Position numbers and translations under genes: made by a program. DNA of 63,905 nt, filler included. It is 8 parts of 8 records of this genome, joined end to end, with 100 filler letters (N's around TTAATTAATTAA, not from the genome) between each part and the next. Parts side by side here need not be neighbours in the genome. Positions count along the whole stretch, not along the records: positions 8,410 to 20,879 come from SRR31147125_9989; positions 20,980 to 28,708 come from SRR31147125_9991; positions 28,809 to 35,749 come from SRR31147125_10017; 5 more parts are not named here. One strand, written 5' to 3'. The notes beneath the pieces were generated by a model that saw only the letters and a list, made by a program, of their open reading frames with translations, was not told the origin of the DNA and made no database searches. Positions 19,980-31,522 of this stretch are shown here, one piece after another. How positions within the stretch are numbered: position 1 is the first letter of the stretch; each line of letters begins with the position of its first letter.

Positions 19980-20879
19980 GGGAAGAACAGTGGCGGCATC
20001 GCCGAACTGTCCACTGTTATCTCCTGATGGTGATTCTGTCGCAGAGCTAATCGAGTGGATCCGTGGACGTGGCAAAGTTCTGATCGTCACCCATGACAAC
20101 CCGGATCCCGATTCGATCGCTTCAGCGGTTGCCTTGAGGCATCTGATTCTGATGAAAACAGGACAGGATGCTATTTTAACCTACGGTGGAGTCATCGGCC
20201 GCGGCGAAAACCGGAAAATGGTTGAGTTGCTGGAAATCCCCATGGTCCCGATCTGTGATCTGGCCCTTGATCAGTTTTCTGTTGTTTGTATGGTTGATAC
20301 GCAACCGGCTTCCGGCAATAATTCGTGGCCTCCAGATCTGCCGGTTCACCTGGTCATTGACCACCATAGACCGAAGAAGGCTCTGGGCTCTATCTGCTGG
20401 GTCGATGTGCGTGAGCATTATGGGGCTTCAGCGACCATCCTGTATGAGTATCTGACCGCGCAGGATGTGTCGATCAATACCCGACTGGCTACCAGCCTTT
20501 TCTATGCAATTAAATCGGAAACGCAGGACCTCGGCCGCGAGTGGTCGAAAGCGGACCGTGACGCTTACCTTAACCTTCTGCCTCTGTCCAATAACAGAAT
20601 CCTGTTCGATATCATTCATCCCGAAGTTTCACGCGATTACTTTTCTGCCTTCCGAACAGCGATTGAAAATGCCACGATTCACGGTGAGGCGCTGGTGTTT
20701 AATCTGCGTGAAATTAAAAATCCGGATCTTGTCGCTGAACTGGCAGATTTTCTGTTGCGGCAGCAGGGGATCAATTATGTCCTCGGAATGGGCTGGTTCA
20801 ATGGTACACAGATTCTGTCAATGCGATCAGTCATGCCGGATGCAAAACTGGGCCTGGTGATTCAGGAAATGGTGAAGGG
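19969..20879 (+). CDS. DHH-family phosphoesterase, 3' truncated
   Basis: THDNPDPDSIAS, VDT, IDHH; AAGGAGG RBS. Confidence 0.88.
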
Positions 20880-20979
20880 NNNNNNNNNNNNNNNNNNNNN
20901 NNNNNNNNNNNNNNNNNNNNNNNTTAATTAATTAANNNNNNNNNNNNNNNNNNNNNNNNNNNNNNNNNNNNNNNNNNNN
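20880..20979. other. Artificial contig linker
   Basis: N-run, TTAATTAATTAA, N-run. Confidence 0.99.
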
Positions 20980-20980
20980 T

Positions 20981-23900
20981 ATGAGAAAATCATTTACTCA
21001 GCTTTTTAGTGTGTTTGCACTAATTTGTGTGTTCGGTTTCCAGGCATTAGCTGGCTGGGATGATGTAAATTCTATCCCTATGGATGAAAATCCCAATGTT
21101 AATCCTGCAGATATCGCCACACAATTTGTGGTAGCCTTTGATGATGCGCCTACCATTTCTGCCGCTGGTGGAACTATGGTCGTGTATAAAGAAGGTACAA
21201 TTATCACAACAATTCCGATTAATAATTCTAGCGCTGATGTGCAAGTTGTTGAAAAAACACTTGTAGTGACGCACGGAATTGCTTCTATTGATGAAGAAAC
21301 GGGATACAGTATTACCTTATCTGCTTCTGCTATTGATGATGAAGATGGAATTACTTCTTGGGACTTTATGACTGGAGATTTTACTGCTCCGATGTTGGTT
21401 TCTGAAGATGATGATCCATTAAGTCCAGTTGGTGCAAGCGTAGAGGCAACTATCTTAGAAAATGCGTTTGAGTTGGAATTAGTTTTCGACGAAGACGTAT
21501 TAGTTGGAGAAGGAAATATTGCAATTTATCAGGAGAACGGAACAGTTGTTGAACTCATAGACGTTACTGATCTAGTGCACCTAGGCGGTGCTACTGTCAC
21601 AGTTCCTGTGTCTGATGATGCTCGTTTTATCCCTGAAACTGTTTATTATGTGAAAGTTGATGCTGGAGCATTTACAGATGATGTTTCTGACTATAATGGT
21701 GAAGAAGATGCTGTAGCAAATGATTTTGCTGGTATTCTAGATAATACAACCTGGACGTTCACAACTCGTGATAATTCAGCTCCAGAAATTACTGCTTCTG
21801 TTTCAGACATTGCGTCAACGACTGCTACATTGAGTGTAACTCTTAGTGAAGATGGTTCTTTCTACTATGTTGCTCAAGATGATGCTGATGCTGATCCAAC
21901 TGTAATTGGAGATTACTCTGATGCTGTTGATGCAACTGCCGGAGTTCCTGTAGAAGTTGATCTTACAGGATTAACAGGTGGTGTTAAACAAGAAGTATTC
22001 ATTATTGCTGAAAATGAAGAAGATCCAATAAATATCACTGTAATTCCTGGTGAAGAAGTTAATTTCAATACCTTAGATAACACTGCCCCAATGGCATTGG
22101 ATCGTGGTACAATTGAAACAGACAAAAAAACTACAGGTGTTTATATTATCTTTGATGAAGAAGTATTTGGTGGCGAAGGATTACTTGAGCTTCGTAAGGA
22201 AGGTACTAACGAATTAGTTATTCCTGAGATGGCTCCAGATGCTTTGACTAGTACTCAAATTACTTCAGGTACTTACGAAGATGATTGGAAAGTAGAAATT
22301 GATTTTGATGTTGAATTGGACAGCGAAGTTGCTTACTATGTTGTTTTCCCTAAAGGATATTTTGTTGATGCTTTAGGAAATGAATATGGTGATGACGTAG
22401 AAGGAATTGCTGTTCCTCTGGCAGCAACAGACTGGCCAATTGAAGGATATGACTTCGAGGCTCCTGTTGTAACTTTTTCAACAGATACAAAATCAACTGA
22501 GACTTCTGGAAATATAACAGGTGCTGGAAATGATGATTATATTTATGTTCATTTTGATGAGTTAGTAACATTAGTTGATGGTAATGAATGGCCAGATTAT
22601 GATTATGACTATCCTGGATATCAGACAGAATGGGCAAAGTACCTTACTATTAAAAAAGAGGGAATCAATGTTTCTGCTGAATTTTATGTTGATGGTGATT
22701 TAGATGACCCAACAACAATAATTGAAATTAACCCAGAAAATGATTTAGCTAGTAATACAACTTATACTATTACTCTTCGTGCAGGTGTTGTACAAGATGA
22801 GAACGGAAATGTTGTAGAAGCTGAAAAAGTTATTACTGTTACTACTGACGATAACGATACTCCTGCATATGTTTTTGGACCTTCTGGGGACTTAGATGCT
22901 AAAACTCCACTAACAATTACATTTAATAAAGATGTATTTTTGGTAGATGGTGATGATACAAATCCGTTAGTTTCTGCTGATCTCGCAGAGCTTCTTACTT
23001 TGACAGTAGATGGTGATCCTGCTGAGTTTACTGCAGAATACGATGCTGCTACAATGGAAATTACAGTTACTGCTGCAGAAGATTTCCCAACTTCAGTTTG
23101 TGGAGATCCTGCTATTGCTGTTACACTAGCATTTGATGATACGGATGTTGAAGATTCTCAGGAAGCTGATTTTGATGGTACTGCAGATAACGACTGGAGT
23201 GTGTCAGATTATACGGCTCCTGTTGCAACTTTATTGGCAGGTGATATTGAGTGGTCAGATTTTACTGCTGTAACAATTACATTTGATGAAGCTGTTGCAT
23301 TATTGGGTTCTTATGAAGACGGTGAAGCATTGGCTGATCAAATTATTTTCAAAGACGGTAGTGCAAGTGGAGAAAATCTTGATTTTACTGCAGCAATTGA
23401 TCTTGCAAATGAAGTAATTACGATTACCCCAGATGATGCATTGGAAGTTGGTGATGTAATCTATTATGGTATTGGTTCTTCAATGGAAGACTGTGCTGAT
23501 AATGCAATTGCTGCTTCTTACGAAACATTTACTTTAATTGCTGATCCTGTTGATCCTACTGTAGAAGCTGTTACTTATACTGTGAATGGTGGTGCAGCAA
23601 ATGATATTGATGATGTTGCATTGGACGTAGTTGAAAAAGATGCTGGTGGAATCGATATTGTTGTAACATTCGATCAGGCAATTGATGATAAAGACCTTAC
23701 TACAGTAAATACAGTTGTAACTGATTTCTCTACTGGCAATGTAACAATCGTTTCAGGTGATATTGATGGTAATACATTAAAAATTGCTATTCCTGCTGCT
23801 GTTGAGCTTGCTAGTTTAACTACATATACAATTACAGTTCCTGCAGAATTGGTTGAAGGTAATGCTTCATACAATGAGGAAGGAGATTTTGCACAACAAG

Positions 23901-26900
23901 CTGCATTTGACATTGTTGTTAAATCAGCTGACACTGAAGCTCCAAGTATTACAGGAACTACTCCTGTTGATTTGGATACTGAAGTGCCACTTGATTTTGG
24001 TACACTTGAAATTACTTTCGATGAGAAAGTTGTTCTAGGTTCTGGAAGCATTACATTTACTGAAAATGGTGAAGCTAGCGCTGAACAAACAGTATCTGTA
24101 AGTGCTGCAAATATTACATTGGCTTCTGATGGAATGTCTGCTGATGTTGATGTTGATATGCTTGACCTTTATTACACAACTTATGATGTGGTAATTGATG
24201 CCGAAGCATTTGAAGATGAAGCTGGAAATGCTTTGGTTGAAGACTATGAATTCTCATTTGATACAGAAGTTAACCCTCAACCTGAAGTAGTTGAATTATC
24301 TCCTGCGGATGATGCAGATCAGGTTACTTCAGGAGAAGAAATTGACTTGACTATTGAATTCTCTGAAGAAGTTGTTCAAGCAAGTACAGTTGGAAGCCGC
24401 AAATTAGTTTATGTAGTGGAACATACTGGATCTGGTGACAGAGCTGAGTTTGATGTAGATCTTGACCTTGTTGTAAATGATGACATCTTGGTATATTTTG
24501 CTTACGTTGAACTTGATAAAGTTGCAGTATCTGGAAATATGATCACTATCTCTGGTGTTGAACTTGAAGCCAGTAAGAATTACTATGTAATGATTACTCC
24601 TGGAGCTTTCAAAGATCTATCTGAAGGTAACGGTGATGGAGGTCTTTATCCTGTGCCAGGAGAATTTGCCGGTATAACAGATTCAGAAACTTGGAATTTT
24701 ACAACGTCAAACGTAAATGCGCCAGTTGTTGAGCTTAGCTTCTCAGACCTAGGTGTTGACGAACTTCCATTGAAAGAATCTGATATTATTATCACGTTCA
24801 GCAAGCCTATTGTAAAGGCTGATGATTCTGAAATTACTGATGTTGAAATTCCAACATTAATTACTTTAACAAAAAATCCGGATACTTCTGGAGAAGTTGA
24901 AATTGAGTTTACTGCTACCATTAGCGATGACAAACAAACAATCACTATTGATAATTCTACATTGGTTATCTTAGGTGAAATGGAAGGTAGTACAGAATAC
25001 GAGGTTGCTTTTGAGTCTGGTACTTTCAAAGTAGAAGATGCATCGATCAACCTTGGAGATTGGGATGAAATATTTATGACTTCTGATTATGATGCACCAA
25101 CTGCTCCGTCTATTGCATTTGGTGGACCTGAAGTTACAGCTATTGATGTCGTAGATGGTGTACATACTGCAGATTTAGTTCTTGATAATGAAGATGAAGC
25201 TGGAGATGCAGTTAAGTTGTATTATTACTGGACTGCTGATTTAGATGTAGACCTTGCAGCACAAAACGTAATGGATCTTGGAACAGAAGTAGCAGTTGCT
25301 GATGCTCCTAAGTCTCTTACTTTTGATGAAAATATGGCAAGTGAAACTGAATACAGGGTTGTTGCAATTGCTGTTGATGCAGCTGGTAACATGTCTTCTG
25401 TAACTGATTTCACATACTGGACAGATGATAACAAGGCTCCTGAATTAGCCAATGATCTACCTACAGAATTTGGTGTTACTGATGATTTAGATCTTGTATT
25501 CGGAGAAGATGTAGTTCCTGTTGTTGATGCTGTTGCACGTGTTATTGATGCAAATGGTGTTACTTATTTTGCAGACATCGTGCAGGGTGAAGGTGACGAT
25601 GCTGAGATTACTGTTGTAATTAGTGCATTGGCTCTTCCTATTTCTGATGATGTGGCTACATATACAATTGAAGTAGATCCAGGAATGATCGTTGATGTTC
25701 CTCGTGTAACTGGTGATCCTGCTCCTGCAAATAATGTAAATGAGTTTGCCGGTATTTTAGGCGCTTCTTTCTCTGTTGTGTCTGATGATGAAGTACTTCC
25801 TGTACTTTTATCTGCTGTACCAGACGAAGAAGCTGTTAGCTTGAATCCAACATTTACTTTAACATTCTCAGAGGATGTTGATTTGAATGATACGTTCACA
25901 CAGTTTATAATCTTCGAAGATATTGATGAAGGCGAACCAACATTAAAATCTGCTCCTATTGAAGAAGGTGAACCATATGATATTCTTACTGCAGCTAATG
26001 TAAGTATTGATGGAAATGTTGTAACACTTACAACTAACCGTACTTTAGTTTCAGGGAAGTACTATTACCTAAGAATAGTTGATGGAACTTTCAGTGATAT
26101 AGCTGGAAATGTTTGGGACAATGATGGTGATGAAATCCTAGAGATCATGGGTGAAGATACATTACCATTAAATGTAACATTCCGTGTGCCTCAAGATGGT
26201 TATCCTTATTATTTACCTTCTGATGAAGAACTAGAATACGTACCTGATGAGCTATGTATTGTTTTCGGTACAGTTGAAGATGGTTATGAAATTCCAGAAG
26301 AAGGTGGTTTCAATGGAGAAGAAGGTGATATCTTTGATTATGAAGAATATTTTGTTAATCCTAACGATCCAATTAATGACATTACGGAATTAATGGAGCT
26401 AGTGTCTCTTACTGTTGATGGTGTTGCTATTCCTTTTGAGTTAAGAGTGAGCAAGTATCATAATCATAAAATTTGGTTTGTAGCTGATTTTGACGATTAT
26501 AAAGGACAAACGATAACTTACGGTTTCACAAATTTGTATGATGAAGCTGGCAACTTGAATACTGGAGAAGAAGTATCATTTGTTATTGCTGAAGATGCAC
26601 TTCCAGAACCAGATCCAATCGTATTTACTCCTGGAGATAATGATGATGATTCTGAAACAGTTGTAGGTATAACTGTAGATCAAACTTTCACTGTCGACTT
26701 TGATGGAATCATTTATTCATATGATAATGCTGTAGAAGTAAACAACAATTTGATTGTTGATGCAGCATGGTTGGAAGATAATAATGTATTCGTATTAAGC
26801 CCGATGCCTGTTGACGCAACATTAGAAGTTCTCACTTATACTGAAGGAGCTGAAAGTTCTACTGTAACTCTAAAAGTTGATACTGATCTTGATAGTGATA

Positions 26901-28705
26901 CTGAATACGAATTGATGGTTGATGGATCAATGATTCAATTAGGTCAAGGTAATGCTACATCTCTTGGTGATTACTATGAGCATTACTCAACAGGTGATGT
27001 TGATGCTCCTTATTTAATTATGGACGGTGATGAAGTAGACGAAGATGCATACCTTCCAACTAATGGTGGTATCGCTGTTAAAGATGATGAGTTAGGATTA
27101 GTATTCAATGAAGAAGTTGTTGGTACTGGTGTGATTGAAATTCACCGCTGGGATGGTTCATTGGTTGCTACTGTTGATATCACAGGTATCGAAAGTGGTG
27201 AAGGTGAGTTGATCTTTGGTGACATTGATGATATCATGGCTGCTAATGATGGTTTTGTAAGCGATGAAACTTATTATGTAATTGTTCCTGAAGGAGCAGT
27301 TGAAGATGAAGCAGGAAATGCTTTTGCCGGTATAACTGTAATCAATGAGTGGACATTTGAATTGCAAGATGATAACAACCCTGTTGTTACCTTCTTATAC
27401 AACGGAATGGATAATGTTCCTGTTAATACATTAATTGATCTTGCATTTGACCGTGAGGTTGTATTGAACGATGGAGAAATGGGATGGTTAGCTATTTACG
27501 AGGAAATGGATGGTGATGCTGTTCAATTGATCCGTATCAATAATGATGTTGCTCCTATTGATCCTTCAACAACTTACGGATTTGAAATTGATGAATTGAT
27601 GCCAAATACTACATACTATGTAGAGCTAGGAAAAGGTTCATTTATTTTGGCTGCAGATGGTGAAACAATGCAAGAACAAGTTGAAATTGGTGAATGGTGG
27701 TTTACTACTGAAACTAATGATGCTCCTCTAGCTATTGAATTCCAGCCTGCTAACGAAGAAGATCCAACTTACGGAGTACTTCCTGCATCTGACCTTGTGA
27801 TTACATTTGACCAAGAAGTTCAAGCTGGTGTAGGAAACATTCAATTGCACAACAAACTTGATGTTGGTGATGATATCATTAATAGTTTTGATGTAACAGA
27901 TCCTTCACAAGTTGTATTTGCTGGTACTACTGTAACTATTCCTGCTTCAGTTCTTGGATTAGTTGAAAATTCAGAGTACTATGTAATTATTCCTGGTTCT
28001 GCAATTATGAATACAAGTGTAACTCCAGAATACTATGCTGGTATTACAGTTCCTCTTGAGTGGTCATTCTCTACTGTTTTAGATGGAACTCCTCCAGCAT
28101 TAACTACATGGACTCCACTTGAAGAAACTATCGCTGATAATCATCCAACATTCACGATGACATTTGATGAAAATGTATTCTTGACTGAAGCTGGTGGTAA
28201 TCTGGTAGTAACTAAAGTTGATGAAACTGCCGCTGAACTTATTATTCCATTAACTGCTGAAATGATTGCTGATAACGTTGTTACTGTAACTTACGTTTAT
28301 GATGCTGATAATGCAGATTTAGATGGTTTAGATAAAAACACTGAATATTTCGTTACTGTTGAAGCTGGTGCACTTGCTGATGAGACAGGTAATCTGTTTG
28401 AGGGTGTAACAGACGCTACAGTATGGACATTCACTACAGGAGACAACTTTGTAACTGATAATCCAGAATTGGAACAAGAAGCAGGGTTCAAAGTTTATCC
28501 TAACCCATTTGATGGTTATGTAACTATTGATAATGCTGATCAGTTGTCTCGTATCGTTATTTCTAACGTAGCAGGACAACGTGTTAAAGACATTGTTAAT
28601 CCTACAAAAGTTATCAAAACTAGTGAACTACGCAGTGGTATTTACTTCATCACTCTTGTAAAAGATGATGTAGCAGTTAAAACTGCAAGAATTGTTAAAA
28701 GGTAA
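20981..28705 (+). CDS. Giant acidic Ig-like (SbsA/Big_5-type) repeat protein with T9SS type A sorting domain
   Basis: Signal peptide; recurring L.ITFDE.V..G.G.I...YYV.I..GAF.D..GN.FAGI....W.FTT modules; C-terminal FKVYPNPF...SGIYFITL...RIVKR. Confidence 0.88.
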   Translation: MRKSFTQLFSVFALICVFGFQALAGWDDVNSIPMDENPNVNPADIATQFVVAFDDAPTISAAGGTMVVYKEGTIITTIPINNSSADVQVVEKTLVVTHGIASIDEETGYSITLSASAIDDEDGITSWDFMTGDFTAPMLVSEDDDPLSPVGASVEATILENAFELELVFDEDVLVGEGNIAIYQENGTVVELIDVTDLVHLGGATVTVPVSDDARFIPETVYYVKVDAGAFTDDVSDYNGEEDAVANDFAGILDNTTWTFTTRDNSAPEITASVSDIASTTATLSVTLSEDGSFYYVAQDDADADPTVIGDYSDAVDATAGVPVEVDLTGLTGGVKQEVFIIAENEEDPINITVIPGEEVNFNTLDNTAPMALDRGTIETDKKTTGVYIIFDEEVFGGEGLLELRKEGTNELVIPEMAPDALTSTQITSGTYEDDWKVEIDFDVELDSEVAYYVVFPKGYFVDALGNEYGDDVEGIAVPLAATDWPIEGYDFEAPVVTFSTDTKSTETSGNITGAGNDDYIYVHFDELVTLVDGNEWPDYDYDYPGYQTEWAKYLTIKKEGINVSAEFYVDGDLDDPTTIIEINPENDLASNTTYTITLRAGVVQDENGNVVEAEKVITVTTDDNDTPAYVFGPSGDLDAKTPLTITFNKDVFLVDGDDTNPLVSADLAELLTLTVDGDPAEFTAEYDAATMEITVTAAEDFPTSVCGDPAIAVTLAFDDTDVEDSQEADFDGTADNDWSVSDYTAPVATLLAGDIEWSDFTAVTITFDEAVALLGSYEDGEALADQIIFKDGSASGENLDFTAAIDLANEVITITPDDALEVGDVIYYGIGSSMEDCADNAIAASYETFTLIADPVDPTVEAVTYTVNGGAANDIDDVALDVVEKDAGGIDIVVTFDQAIDDKDLTTVNTVVTDFSTGNVTIVSGDIDGNTLKIAIPAAVELASLTTYTITVPAELVEGNASYNEEGDFAQQAAFDIVVKSADTEAPSITGTTPVDLDTEVPLDFGTLEITFDEKVVLGSGSITFTENGEASAEQTVSVSAANITLASDGMSADVDVDMLDLYYTTYDVVIDAEAFEDEAGNALVEDYEFSFDTEVNPQPEVVELSPADDADQVTSGEEIDLTIEFSEEVVQASTVGSRKLVYVVEHTGSGDRAEFDVDLDLVVNDDILVYFAYVELDKVAVSGNMITISGVELEASKNYYVMITPGAFKDLSEGNGDGGLYPVPGEFAGITDSETWNFTTSNVNAPVVELSFSDLGVDELPLKESDIIITFSKPIVKADDSEITDVEIPTLITLTKNPDTSGEVEIEFTATISDDKQTITIDNSTLVILGEMEGSTEYEVAFESGTFKVEDASINLGDWDEIFMTSDYDAPTAPSIAFGGPEVTAIDVVDGVHTADLVLDNEDEAGDAVKLYYYWTADLDVDLAAQNVMDLGTEVAVADAPKSLTFDENMASETEYRVVAIAVDAAGNMSSVTDFTYWTDDNKAPELANDLPTEFGVTDDLDLVFGEDVVPVVDAVARVIDANGVTYFADIVQGEGDDAEITVVISALALPISDDVATYTIEVDPGMIVDVPRVTGDPAPANNVNEFAGILGASFSVVSDDEVLPVLLSAVPDEEAVSLNPTFTLTFSEDVDLNDTFTQFIIFEDIDEGEPTLKSAPIEEGEPYDILTAANVSIDGNVVTLTTNRTLVSGKYYYLRIVDGTFSDIAGNVWDNDGDEILEIMGEDTLPLNVTFRVPQDGYPYYLPSDEELEYVPDELCIVFGTVEDGYEIPEEGGFNGEEGDIFDYEEYFVNPNDPINDITELMELVSLTVDGVAIPFELRVSKYHNHKIWFVADFDDYKGQTITYGFTNLYDEAGNLNTGEEVSFVIAEDALPEPDPIVFTPGDNDDDSETVVGITVDQTFTVDFDGIIYSYDNAVEVNNNLIVDAAWLEDNNVFVLSPMPVDATLEVLTYTEGAESSTVTLKVDTDLDSDTEYELMVDGSMIQLGQGNATSLGDYYEHYSTGDVDAPYLIMDGDEVDEDAYLPTNGGIAVKDDELGLVFNEEVVGTGVIEIHRWDGSLVATVDITGIESGEGELIFGDIDDIMAANDGFVSDETYYVIVPEGAVEDEAGNAFAGITVINEWTFELQDDNNPVVTFLYNGMDNVPVNTLIDLAFDREVVLNDGEMGWLAIYEEMDGDAVQLIRINNDVAPIDPSTTYGFEIDELMPNTTYYVELGKGSFILAADGETMQEQVEIGEWWFTTETNDAPLAIEFQPANEEDPTYGVLPASDLVITFDQEVQAGVGNIQLHNKLDVGDDIINSFDVTDPSQVVFAGTTVTIPASVLGLVENSEYYVIIPGSAIMNTSVTPEYYAGITVPLEWSFSTVLDGTPPALTTWTPLEETIADNHPTFTMTFDENVFLTEAGGNLVVTKVDETAAELIIPLTAEMIADNVVTVTYVYDADNADLDGLDKNTEYFVTVEAGALADETGNLFEGVTDATVWTFTTGDNFVTDNPELEQEAGFKVYPNPFDGYVTIDNADQLSRIVISNVAGQRVKDIVNPTKVIKTSELRSGIYFITLVKDDVAVKTARIVKR

Positions 28706-28708
28706 TAC

Positions 28709-28808
28709 NNNNNNNNNNNNNNNNNNNNNNNNNNNNNNNNNNNNNNNNNNNNTTAATTAATTAANNNNNNNNNNNNNNNNNNNNNNNNNNNNNNNNNNNN
28801 NNNNNNNN
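28709..28808. other. Artificial contig linker
   Basis: N-run, TTAATTAATTAA, N-run. Confidence 0.99.
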
Positions 28809-29091
28809 TGTTATTAGTGGCGGCTCACATTTACTTGGCGACAAAATAAGAGAGATGGTTAACTTTTTCCTGGATGGCCAGAATGATAGCGCGTTAAAGA
28901 TCCATAATGAACTGGACCCGTTTTTCAGAGCATTGGCACCAAATGGTAGAATTAATCCAAATCCAGTGTTAAAAGCTGCTTTAGACATTGCCGGCCATCC
29001 GGTAGGTCCACCTCGTTTACCATTAAGCGAAGCCACACCTGACGAAAGAGAAAATATTAAAAAACATCTTATCCGGTTGGGCGTTATCTAG
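28809..29091 (+). CDS. DapA/DHDPS-family protein, 3' end
   Basis: VISGGSHLLG...NPNPVLKAALDIAGHPVGPPRLPL. Confidence 0.75.
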
Positions 29092-29640
29092 CTCGTTTGA
29101 ATTCCGTTAGCATCCTTTATTAAAAGATAATTCTGTGAGCCCCGGGACTGATCCTAAGGGCTCTCAATATCTATTGATCTTCTTCATAGACTCTCTTTGA
29201 TTATTTTACTCATTTCCGGCGGGATGCCGGGAATGTGCTTCCTGTGGGATTGCCTTTGTTGAGATATTGTCAGATAATTTTTATCTGGTTCCCAGCGTCC
29301 CTCAGGGAATGAAGATAATTGGTCAGCTATCTTACCGATTCTATCTAAATAAATTTTGCAATTACCATCCCAAAATTAAAAGCTGTGTGAAATGCCTGGA
29401 TACCGCACATCTAATTTTTTGTCCCTAACAGGATTAAATTGATAGAATTAACATAAAAACAACTAGATAGGTTCTTCTGCCCTGACCGACTTTTATACGA
29501 TCAGTCCATTTCTGAATCATTTTGATACTTTAGAATTGATCTTTTGCTGTGATTTACTATATTAAACCTGTTAAAGAATCGACACTTTGCAGGTCAATTA
29601 ACAGTATGCAGCGGCTGGAAAATTCAGAGGGAGACAGGTA

Positions 29641-31257
29641 GTGGGACATTTTATCAATGGTTTGGATTATGGTGTTATTGCACTGTATTTTATCGGAGTT
29701 TTTGCGATTGCCTGGTGGGCGACAAAGCGGGAGAGGGCCGGGGGAGAGACGTCCGCAGGATATTTTTTAGCTGGCAAAGAGGCTGGCTGGTTTGTGATTG
29801 GCGCGTCCCTGTTTGCGTCCAATATCGGGTCCGAGCATCTGGTGGGATTGGCCGGAACAGGAGCTGCCAGTGGTGTTGCTGTCGGACAGTTTGAGGTGTT
29901 AGCTTCACTCATTTTGTTAATATTAGGCTGGGTATTTGTACCGTTTTACCTGAAGAGCGGTGTTTTTACCATGCCGGAGTTTCTGGAGCGGCGCTATTCT
30001 GCTGGTGCCCGCACCTATCTGACCTGGGTGTCCATTCTTGGATACGTGCTGACAAAGATCTCGGTCACTATTGCGGCTGGGGGTATTGTATTCGAAACTT
30101 TGCTGGGTATTAATTTCTGGACCGGTACTCTGATCGTTGTGGTGGCAACCGGAATTTATACCCTGATCGGTGGTTTGCGTGCCGTTTTGTATACGGATTT
30201 AATGCAGATGTTTGTTCTTGTGGCCGGTTCTGTTGCTGTGACTGTTACCGGGCTATATGCTGTTGGAGGTTGGGGAACACTTTATGAATCCGCAGGCAGC
30301 AGTTTCTTTGATATGTGGCAACCCATGTCTCATCCTGATTTTCCCTGGACAGGCATTGTGTTTGGCGCACCGATTATGGGTGTCTGGTACTGGTGCACAG
30401 ATCAATTTATCGTGCAGCGTGTTCTGTCAGCACGCAATGAAGATCACGCCCGCCGTGGTACTATCTTTGGTGGTTTTCTTAAAATTCTCCCCATGTTTAT
30501 CTTTGTTATACCGGGTGTTATCGCCTATGTCCTGGCGCAAAATGGTCAAATTGAACTCGCCGAACCGGATCAGGCTTTACCGACGTTAATCGGAGCATTA
30601 TTACCAATGGGTTTTCGCGGACTGGTCGTTGCCGGATTGTTGGCTGCGTTGATGAGCTCGTTGTCGTCGGTGTTTAATTCCTGTTCCACGCTGTTTACCT
30701 TTGATGTGTATAAAAAAATGGATCCGCAGGCATCTGAAAAGAAACTCATTATGGTTGGTCGGATCGCTACTATTATTTTAATCGCCCTGGGAATCGTCTG
30801 GATCCCGCTGATTAAAACCATATCCGGAACGCTTTATAAATATATTCAAAGCGTGTCCGCCTATATATCACCCCCTATTGCCTCGGTATTTCTGCTCGGA
30901 CTTTTTATTAAACGGTTGAACGGTCGTGGTGCCATGGCTTCTTTGCTCACTGGATTTGTGCTGGGTATGGGGCGTCTTGTTGCCGAGATTAATAAAGAGT
31001 CGCTGAGCGGGTTATTATATAGCTTTGCGGATATTAACTTTCTGCATTTCGCGTTTTTCCTGTTTCTGATTTGCTCTGCTGTACTTATTCTCGTCAGCCT
31101 GACAGCGCCCGCACCAGCGGCCGAAAAATTGAAAGATGTCACCTATGGGACCGACCGTGTCTCCACCGGCAATCCGGTCTGGCGCAAACGGGATACGATT
31201 CTTTCTATAGTGCTGCTTTTGGCTATTGCAGCGGTTTATCTTTATTTTACCGGATAG
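29641..31257 (+). CDS. Sodium:solute symporter (SGLT-like sugar transporter)
   Basis: SLFASNIGSEHLVGLAG, TMPEFLERRY, WYWCTDQFIVQR, LAALMSSLSSVFNS. Confidence 0.93.
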   Translation: MGHFINGLDYGVIALYFIGVFAIAWWATKRERAGGETSAGYFLAGKEAGWFVIGASLFASNIGSEHLVGLAGTGAASGVAVGQFEVLASLILLILGWVFVPFYLKSGVFTMPEFLERRYSAGARTYLTWVSILGYVLTKISVTIAAGGIVFETLLGINFWTGTLIVVVATGIYTLIGGLRAVLYTDLMQMFVLVAGSVAVTVTGLYAVGGWGTLYESAGSSFFDMWQPMSHPDFPWTGIVFGAPIMGVWYWCTDQFIVQRVLSARNEDHARRGTIFGGFLKILPMFIFVIPGVIAYVLAQNGQIELAEPDQALPTLIGALLPMGFRGLVVAGLLAALMSSLSSVFNSCSTLFTFDVYKKMDPQASEKKLIMVGRIATIILIALGIVWIPLIKTISGTLYKYIQSVSAYISPPIASVFLLGLFIKRLNGRGAMASLLTGFVLGMGRLVAEINKESLSGLLYSFADINFLHFAFFLFLICSAVLILVSLTAPAPAAEKLKDVTYGTDRVSTGNPVWRKRDTILSIVLLLAIAAVYLYFTG

Positions 31258-31522
31258 GCTGAGTTTATATTCGAGTCCCAAATTGTCAGACTGTGTAAAT
31301 ACGCAGCCTGTACAGTTTGGGACGCAGATGGTTAAAGCGACAATGTACATGTGGCACTCGATACAAAAAACACCACTTTTACCTTTGACTCACATAATAA
31401 AAATCATATGTAAAAATGTGAATATCTGTTACAAAGCTGTTGCATTCCTGATAAAATTTGATTAATTATTGATCACAGCAGTCATTCACTTATTTTATTG
31501 TAATTATAAGGAGATATATAAA

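Noticed and set aside
20981-28705. Internal repeats as a DGR target or recent tandem duplication
   Set aside because: Modules are highly diverged at DNA level; no TR/VR pair or reverse transcriptase is present.
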